In this document: piece by piece, positions 56,698 through 64,000 of the stretch
How positions within the stretch are numbered: the stretch's first letter is position 1
Layout: each line of letters begins with the position of its first letter
Translations under genes and position numbers: made by a program
Notes under the pieces: generated by a model
The model's database searches: none
What the model was told of the DNA's origin: nothing
The model's input: the letters and a program-made list of their open reading frames with translations, nothing else
NCBI GenBank assembly: GCA_973895155.1
Contig: OZ316899.1
Span: forward strand, 10,753,135 to 10,817,134
Direction of reading: 5' to 3'
Length of the DNA stretch: 64,000 nucleotides
Source of the DNA: Marsupella aquatica
Lineage: Eukaryota; Plantae; Marchantiophyta

Positions 56698-59600
56698 TTA
56701 CATAGCCCCGTCCTCAAGCGGCGCCGTGCCCTCACAAGCCGTTTGACAAGGTAAATAATATTTCTTCACCCTGAAACCATTAATGCGTGTTGCCAGGGGT
56801 TCTCCATCCAAGGTTTCCAAAGATAAGGATCCATTTGGCCATGTAGTAACAACTTTGTAGGGGCTTATCCAATGAGTGTGAAGCTTCCCAGGGAAAAACA
56901 TATACCTAGAGTCATAAACAAGAGCCAAGTCTCCCGGTTGCAGTGTTGGTACTTTTAATTTCTTGTCATAGGCTATCTTCCGTTTGTCTTGTTGGTGAAT
57001 AGTATGTTGTAAGGCTAGAAGCCTATTTTCTTCCAATTCATCTAGAATTTCCAGCCTAGTGTGGAAACTATCAAGTTCAGGTAATCTCTCAGAGATCAGA
57101 AGCCGCTCAGTAGGTAATTCAAATTCAATGGGGGTAACACTATGCATACCAAAAGTTAAGTAGAATGGTGTTCTCAAGGTAGTAATCTTTTATGCGGTTC
57201 TGTAAGCCCACAAAGCAAAGTGGAGTTTGATATCCCAATTGGTCTTATGTGCTTCCACCATCTTATTTAATATTTTTCCCATTAATCCGTTAGCTCTTTT
57301 GGTCAGCCCATTAGCTCTTGGATTGTAAGGTGTGGTCTTTCGGTGTTTAATCAAATATTTGTCAGTAATAAGCTCAATGGTCTCATTAAGGAAGTGTAAA
57401 CCTTGATCACTTACCAATTCAAGGGGGCAACCATACCTGGTAATAATATTTTCAAATAAGAAACTGGTGGCTGTGGCAGCGTCATTCTTCCTAGTATGCT
57501 TAGCCTCCACCCATTTGGTGAGGTAATCCGTAGCAAGAATGATATCTTCTGCTTCGTTTAGCAACAGGGGAAATGGGACCAATAAAGTCTATTCCCCATT
57601 TTTCAAATGGAGATAGAGGTAAAATGGGAGTTAAAGGCCATTTTGATGTGGCCATAGGCTTCCCTATTCGTTGACAAGGGTCACAACTTTGAATGTAGTT
57701 ATAAGTGTCCTTGTGCATGGTAGGCCACCAAAATCCAGCATCCTTTATTTTCTTAACAGTTGTATTAACGGCATAGTGTCCACCAGAGGCTTCAGTGTGT
57801 AAGGCTGAAATTACCTTTGGAACTTCTTGAGCTTCCAAGCAACGGTGAAGTCTCTGGTTTGGCAATAATTTAAACAAAACACCCTTTACAATAGTATATG
57901 GTCCAACTTTGTACAGGAAAACAGCTTTTTCCTCCGCATTCAAGCCTGGTGGATAAATTCCATGAGTCAGCATCTGAACAATGTCAAAGTACCTTGAGTC
58001 TTCTCCTTCCAAATGCCATAGTTGCTCGTCCGGAAATTGATCAGACAAAGGTTCAACACTAGGATCTCCAGGAAGTCGTGATAGGAAGTCTGCATTCTCA
58101 TGGTGTTTCCCGGCTCAAACCTGCACCTCATAATCATATTCTTGTAAAAGAAGTACCCACCTAGCGATGCGCCCACTTAAATCTGCCTGATTCACCAGGT
58201 ATTTCAGAGAAGAATGATCCGTATGGAAAATGGTTTTATAACCCAAAAGATAGTGCCTGAACTTTTTACAAGAGAAAATGACCGCTAAGGCCTCCCTCTC
58301 TGTGACCGTATAATTCTTTTCAACACTATTCATTTGTCTGCTGGCGTAATATATTGGGTGATCTTTCTTTTCATCATCTAATTGACTCAAGGCAGCTCCA
58401 ACACAAAAAGCTGAGGCATCAATATAAACATGAAAAGGTTTCTGCCAATCTGGCGGTTGTAGAATGGGTGCAATAGTTAGTTTAGTTTTTAAAACTTCAA
58501 AAGCTTTTTGCTTGTCTTCAGTCCACACATATTCCACTTCCTTTTTGAGAAGCTGAGTCAAGGGCATGGCAAGGTCAGCATACTTCCGTATAAATTGTCT
58601 GTAATACCCCACATAGCCCAGGAAGCCTCGCAACTCTTTCAAATTTCCAAGGGGTTGTAATGCTAAAATAACTCAAACTTTCTCCACATCCACCTCGATT
58701 CCTCTTTGGGAGATAACATGTCCCAGTAGAATACCTTCCTTCATGCCAATGAAACATTTCTCAGGATGTAGACACAACTGTGACTCTCTGCAGCGCTGGA
58801 ATGTTTGTCTTAAATGATCCAAGTGTTGGTTGGCTGATCCATAAACGCAAAAATCATCTATAAAGATTTCCAGAAATTTTCTGAGAAAATCCTGGAAATG
58901 ATCATCATAATCCTTTGGAAAGTCCCAGGTGCATTACAGAGTCCAAAGGGCATAACACGGAAAGCGTAAGTTCCCCAGTCTGTGGTAAAAGTAGTTTTAT
59001 CTCTGTCCTCCTCTCGGATTGATACTTGGTTATAGCCAGAGTACCCATCTAGGAAACTATAAAGTTCATGGAGAGCAACCATATCCAACACAAGGTCTAT
59101 GAATGGCAAGGGATAATGGTCCTTCCTAGTAGCTGCATTCAGTTTCCTGAAATCTTGACATACTCAGATTTTTGGCTTCCCATCTGGTCGGGGTTTCTTT
59201 GGAACAATTACAATGGGTGAAACCCACTCACTGCTAAGTACCGGGTAAATAAAACCAGCATCGGTTAGCTTATCGAGTTCCTCTTTGACAAGCATGGAAT
59301 ATTTTGGGTTCAAATGATACTGTCTTTGTCTTACTGGAACTGCTCCTTCCATTAAATCAATTATGTGCTCTCCTAGGTGAGGTGGTATTCCTTTTAAATC
59401 CTTATGGCTCCAGGCGAACACATCCTTATACTGAGTCAGCAAATCAATATATTTCTCTCTCAACTCTCCTTCAATATGATTACTGATATTTAAGAATTTT
59501 CCTGGTTCTATCTCAATCTTCTGGCATTTTCGAAGGTCGACAATTCCATCGGTTTCGTTTGGTGAAATATCATCCCAGGAGGGCGTCTTGTTTATGTCCG

Positions 59601-62600
59601 CATTTCCCATCCTGGTCTCTTCCTCTGCCCTCTCCTCATGTCAGGAGACAGGTGTGAGGGTCCCTTCACTTGGTGTGTCACCCTCTACTTCCAGGATATC
59701 GAGATACCCGACTTCCAGGGGTTCAAACTTGGGGGCTTTGATAAGGAGAGTAGAATCCAAAAAATCAGAGGTGTACCCATCATCCGATTGGGTTTCGCCT
59801 AAATAAGGTTCATCTACCCAGCTGATAGTGACTCTTGGTTTCCCAAAGGACATCCGTCGTCGGTGCCAATCAACCTTGACTTTGGCCTTATATAACCAAG
59901 GTCTACCTAACAGCAGAGGATAGGAGGAGGGAACTTGAGGTCGGAGGACTACAAAATCTAAGGAGAAGGTCAGTCCCCCAATAACTGTGTCGAGACCAAT
60001 AAGTTTTCCTACGGGCACTACCCTAGATTGATCTGCCATCCGTAGTACTTGCAAGGTCTTCTCGAACTTATGGATTCCAATGTTGGATGCTGTTTCCTCG
60101 GTCATGATATTCACACTCGATCCACCATCCACTGGTACTTCGGGTATTACACACCCCATGATCTGAACTTCAATTTCTGGAGGTCCCTTATCCTCCCATT
60201 CTAATCTCAAGGCCTCTACAGAAGGTAGTTTCCTTCTTTTCCTCCTTCCTATCAACAATGTCCTTAACTGCTTTTTATAAGTTGGATTGTCTTCTAATAG
60301 TTCCCCGATTGTAATGTTGGCAGGTTGGTTTTTGACAATGTCCACGATATCATACCCCTTTGGCCTGAGTGGTGGTTCCATGGTTAGTTTGGGCTCGGGC
60401 CTCTTTATCTCTGAACGCATTTCCTTCCGTTCCCCTAGCAGGGGTGTATCCTCAGTTAACTCATGTATTTGAGTTTTAATCTCTTCAGATATATCAGGCT
60501 GAAAGTACTTGGGGTCATACCTTTCATACGCTGGGTCATCTTCTTTTGGGATTCCTTCCTCTGCTGGTATCCTTGTCTTATTCTTCTTTTTGGACGATTT
60601 CTTCTGCTTAGACCCGTCCTCAATATGTTTCTTCTCGTGATGAGACTTGGATCTGGTAGTGGCGTAAGTTTCCAGAACACGGTCCCGGTCCTGGACTCAT
60701 TGGTTGGGCATCCCCACAACATGATCTTGTACTAAGTGTTCCACTTCAATATCTGGAATGGTACCTGTTAGATTTTGTGTATAAATGTTGTGCACCTCCT
60801 CTTCTCTTTCTGCTTCAAAGGTCACATGACTACATTGTTCCATATTTTCTTGGTTGTAGACCATTCTGACCTCCTCAGGCCTGTTTGCTTCCTTCACAGG
60901 ATCCTTAGAAAATCTCACCATCATCTTTGGTTTTGGTGGGCTCGGGCACTCCAGAGGGAGGTGTCCTTCTTTTCCACAGTTGCCACAAATTGGAGTGTAT
61001 CCTACTTCTCTCGTTGGGTACGGACACTCTGGCGAATAATACCCTGGTTGACCACAATTGTAACAAGTCCCTTGTACCCTTGGTGCTCCTCTAGGCGGGT
61101 ATCCTCCTGGGGGTCCCATCGGTGGTCTTGGCCCCGGTCGATTAAATGAGGATGATCCTGCTATTTTCTGCTGGGTCCATGCAGCTGGTCTTGTAGCAGG
61201 AGGAAAATACTGTCCTGCAAACGGTGCTTGGACGGCATAGGTATCTCCATACTCGAACAACTCTTCCTCTTCTCCATAATTGACAGCTCGTTGCAATGTG
61301 GGGCACTCATGGTGGTAGTGTCCTTGATTATTGCAGCGTGTGCACCAAACATTATTTCGAATGGCAGGTGGCAATTTTCTAGTTGGTTTATAGATGGCCG
61401 CATTCACCGATAGTTTGTTTAACTTACTAGTCAAGGAATCCATCATTTTATCCAAGGTCTTGGCTTTTTGAGGTACTGTGTTTTTCTGCATCCTTTTTGT
61501 CTTGGTATCTACCTCATCAGAACTTGAGCTGCCGCTTGTACTACTGGTAGTGCTTGAGTCGGAACTTGTTCCCTCCGTACTGGTGGTGTCACCATCATCA
61601 GACTTTGAGCTTGATGAAGGCTTTGTCTTTTTCTTTTTCTATTTCTTTTTGCCCTTTTTCAAGTCCTTTTTAACTCGTTTCTTCTCAGAAACTTCTGAGT
61701 CCACGTATTTTTGAGCGGCTTCCTGTGCCTCTTCAAAAGTGGTACCTCCTTCCCTTCTTACATACCTCGCAATACGGGAGGGTAACCTGTTGATAAACCA
61801 ATCTTGTGTGGTAGATTTGGCTGTATTTGGATTATATTTTCCACCAGATCCAATAATTTATCTGCATACTTCCTGACCGATCCATGTTTCTTCATGGTGA
61901 GTTGAGAAATTTTGGCAAAGGCTCTCGCCTCAACACCATCCTCCCTATACTTGTCCAAAAAACCGGTCTTCGTTTTTCCCCAATCATTTTTGTTTGGGAA
62001 TCGATCATACCATTTTTGGGCAGTTTTCTTCAACAAGCCTCCGAAAATTGTGGCTTTCTCAACGTCTTGGGTTTGCCCATTTGAGGTGGCTTTTGCTTCA
62101 AATTCTTTTAGGAAGGTTTCAGCATCTTCCTTGGATGTTCCTTTAAAGGTATCATAGCGAATATTGTTTCGAGCCATTGGAGTTCTCCTTATAGGAACCG
62201 GGATTAAATTGGTTGAAGGAGTGGTCCCCAAAGATTGTGAACTAGTGCTGGTGACTGATCCTTGAGACGTCAATGGTGAAGTTGAATTTAAGGAATTGGG
62301 AGTGCTTATCGTGCTAAGGCTGCTGCTAGCACTTCCATAACCAAGCGAGGGAGGTATCTCTACTAATTTTGCAGATTCTCCAATGGGCGTTCTCTAAAGG
62401 GAAGGTGAGTCAAAATTAAATTTTAAAGATTTAATTTGCTGAATTCCTCCCCCAATTATACTTTCATGCCTTGTATTGGTAATCTTTTCTGTTCCTATTA
62501 TCTGCAACGCAGGTGTACCCTCATATGCATCCAAGCTTTGTGTTCTTCTTAGTGGTTTGACAAGGTCCACTCCTTTCTTTTTAGGCTTGGCAGGAACATA

Positions 62601-62844
62601 CTGAACATCTCTCGATCGTAATTTATAGATTACAGGTCAACTTGTTGCTGGATTATTTATTGTTCCGTCTGCTTCATTTTGTTGGATGAGGGTAACCCTC
62701 TCCGCTACATGTCCCGGTGTTGGGTAATCTAGGGATTGGAATTTTGGGCAACAGTTCCCTAGGATTGAGGGGATCTTGTGGGGCTTCTGTTCGTGCTTTT
62801 TCTTCTCGTCTTAATCTCCAACTTTGCTTCCCTTTATCAGACAT
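56698..62844 (-). pseudogene. Family D gag-pol with multiple stops and frameshifts
   Basis: Three Zn knuckles, VPVDGGSS protease, FLDGYSGYNQ / MPFGLCNAP RT, YIDASA...EREAL RNase H, and WGIDFIG / SDQGLHF integrase. Clearly related to family A. Confidence 0.93.
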
Positions 62845-63283
62845 CCCATATTCTGAAAATCGGCACTCCTCAGGCCCAAGTTTATGGTGTCGGGTTGACC
62901 CTTAGTTCACCCAAATAGTTCCCATTGCTTGGAGAAGTCGCGCCCCCTTGTCGTCATGCCTCTGTCCTGTACACTTGTGGACGTCCGTGATTGAACAGGC
63001 GTAAGGATTGGTCGCATGTTGAAGCGACACAACCTATACTTGTAACTCTTCAACTTGTAAACTCGTGAAATCGTCAACTCGTCAACCCGTAAAGTTGTGA
63101 AATCGTCAACTCGTCAACCTGTAAAGTCGTAACGGCGTAACCGTAAAGTCGTAGCCCCGTAAAACCGTAGAGTTGCAAACCCGTAACATTTTACCCGTAA
63201 GGGCGTCTCCTCATATTACGGGGTGCCCCTTGGAAAGTGTCTCTCCCCTCATTGGTTTACAACCAACTTCGGCTTGTCCTTCC

Positions 63284-63941
63284 TTATCTAAGTCTCCTAT
63301 TTTGATTTTGCAATATTGCTCTAGCTAATTCTTGTATGGAGATAATGATATACTCCTCTCCAGTAATTCTACCATTCAACTTCAAAATAACCAAATGCAA
63401 AACTCCTCCTTCCCACCAGGTAATACTTAACCAATGAACACCCCTCCGTCCTCTTAGGGACAGTACCCATGTTTGAACATACCGATTATGCAAATTCCTT
63501 ACTCTCAAAGTGCCTAAGGATCTGATCAGAGGCATCTCAATTATTTTACCAAGTTGCTTATTCAAAGTTAGAATCAAAGTTTTAATTTGGGGAAATCCCC
63601 TCTTCTGTTGTCCTCTTCTATGCTGAGGTCCGGTAGTTATTCAACAAATTTTCTAGAGTGTCCAGGGCATCCATCCAAGGGTGTTCAACAATGTGTAATT
63701 TTTCCAACACCTCCTTGATTCTCAGTTCTTCTTCTCCAGTAACCCAGTTACTAATTTGACCATTCTTGCTTATTAAAAATTCTAAGTCATGTTCTTCCTT
63801 AATGGGCTGCAACTTATATTCCTCATCATCAATCCAAACTCTCTTAAAGACTATTACATCAGTCAATTTAGACCATTGAGGGAGGGTGGAGGTCCATTTG
63901 AAGGATGCTCTTTCTGTACTTGAATCCCTCCATTTTAACAA
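63284..63941 (-). other. Fragmented ORF of unknown function upstream of family D gag
   Basis: Two adjacent protein-like frames running toward gag; no motif recognised. Confidence 0.35.
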
Positions 63942-64000
63942 AGCCCATCCACTTCTGGCTTGCCATTTACAAGTGTCAACCAGCTCCCTTCTATTGGAGG

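Larger units (their letters stand above)
47700..62844 (-). mobile_element. Decayed non-chromoviral Ty3/Gypsy element (family D); left boundary approximate, 5' end not resolved
   Basis: gag-PR-RT-RH-INT at 62844-56698, then GAGGACGGGGCTA|TG, an extra ORF and a TATA-containing non-coding tail. Shared AACTCGTAAA-type arrays link the parts. Confidence 0.75.

Noticed and set aside
59641-59643. Programmed stop-codon readthrough between PR and RT in family D
   Set aside because: A single in-frame TGA in a copy full of C>T nonsense changes; simple decay is sufficient.
62885-63188. Short 5' LTR of family D
   Set aside because: TG..CA ends can be drawn, but there is no second copy in the window and no convincing PBS.

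Overview
Eukaryotic, almost certainly land-plant DNA (bryophyte/lycophyte-like PPR-DYW and SNM1 fragments) made of nested transposons, with no intact host gene. The main feature is a very young non-chromoviral Ty3/Gypsy element (family A, 1014-16489). Its ~4.63-kb LTRs each contain a complete ~1.1-1.2k-aa ORF: a plant-transposon/PMD-like domain, a low-complexity linker and a long coiled coil. Three older LTR copies carry decayed versions of the same ORF; two are TSD-flanked solo LTRs, which fixes the ORF inside the LTR. Gag-protease and RT-RH-INT overlap in the -1 frame across a slippery heptamer and stem-loop. A second, decayed Gypsy family on the minus strand (family D) appears to share this design, and two more decayed ORFs with a similar domain are present. 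The window also holds a truncated DNMT3-like cytosine methyltransferase fragment, a 5'-truncated L1 LINE, CACTA, PIF/Harbinger and Bianca-type Copia remnants, and several tandem repeats. All domain calls are from motif recognition by eye; no database searches were run.
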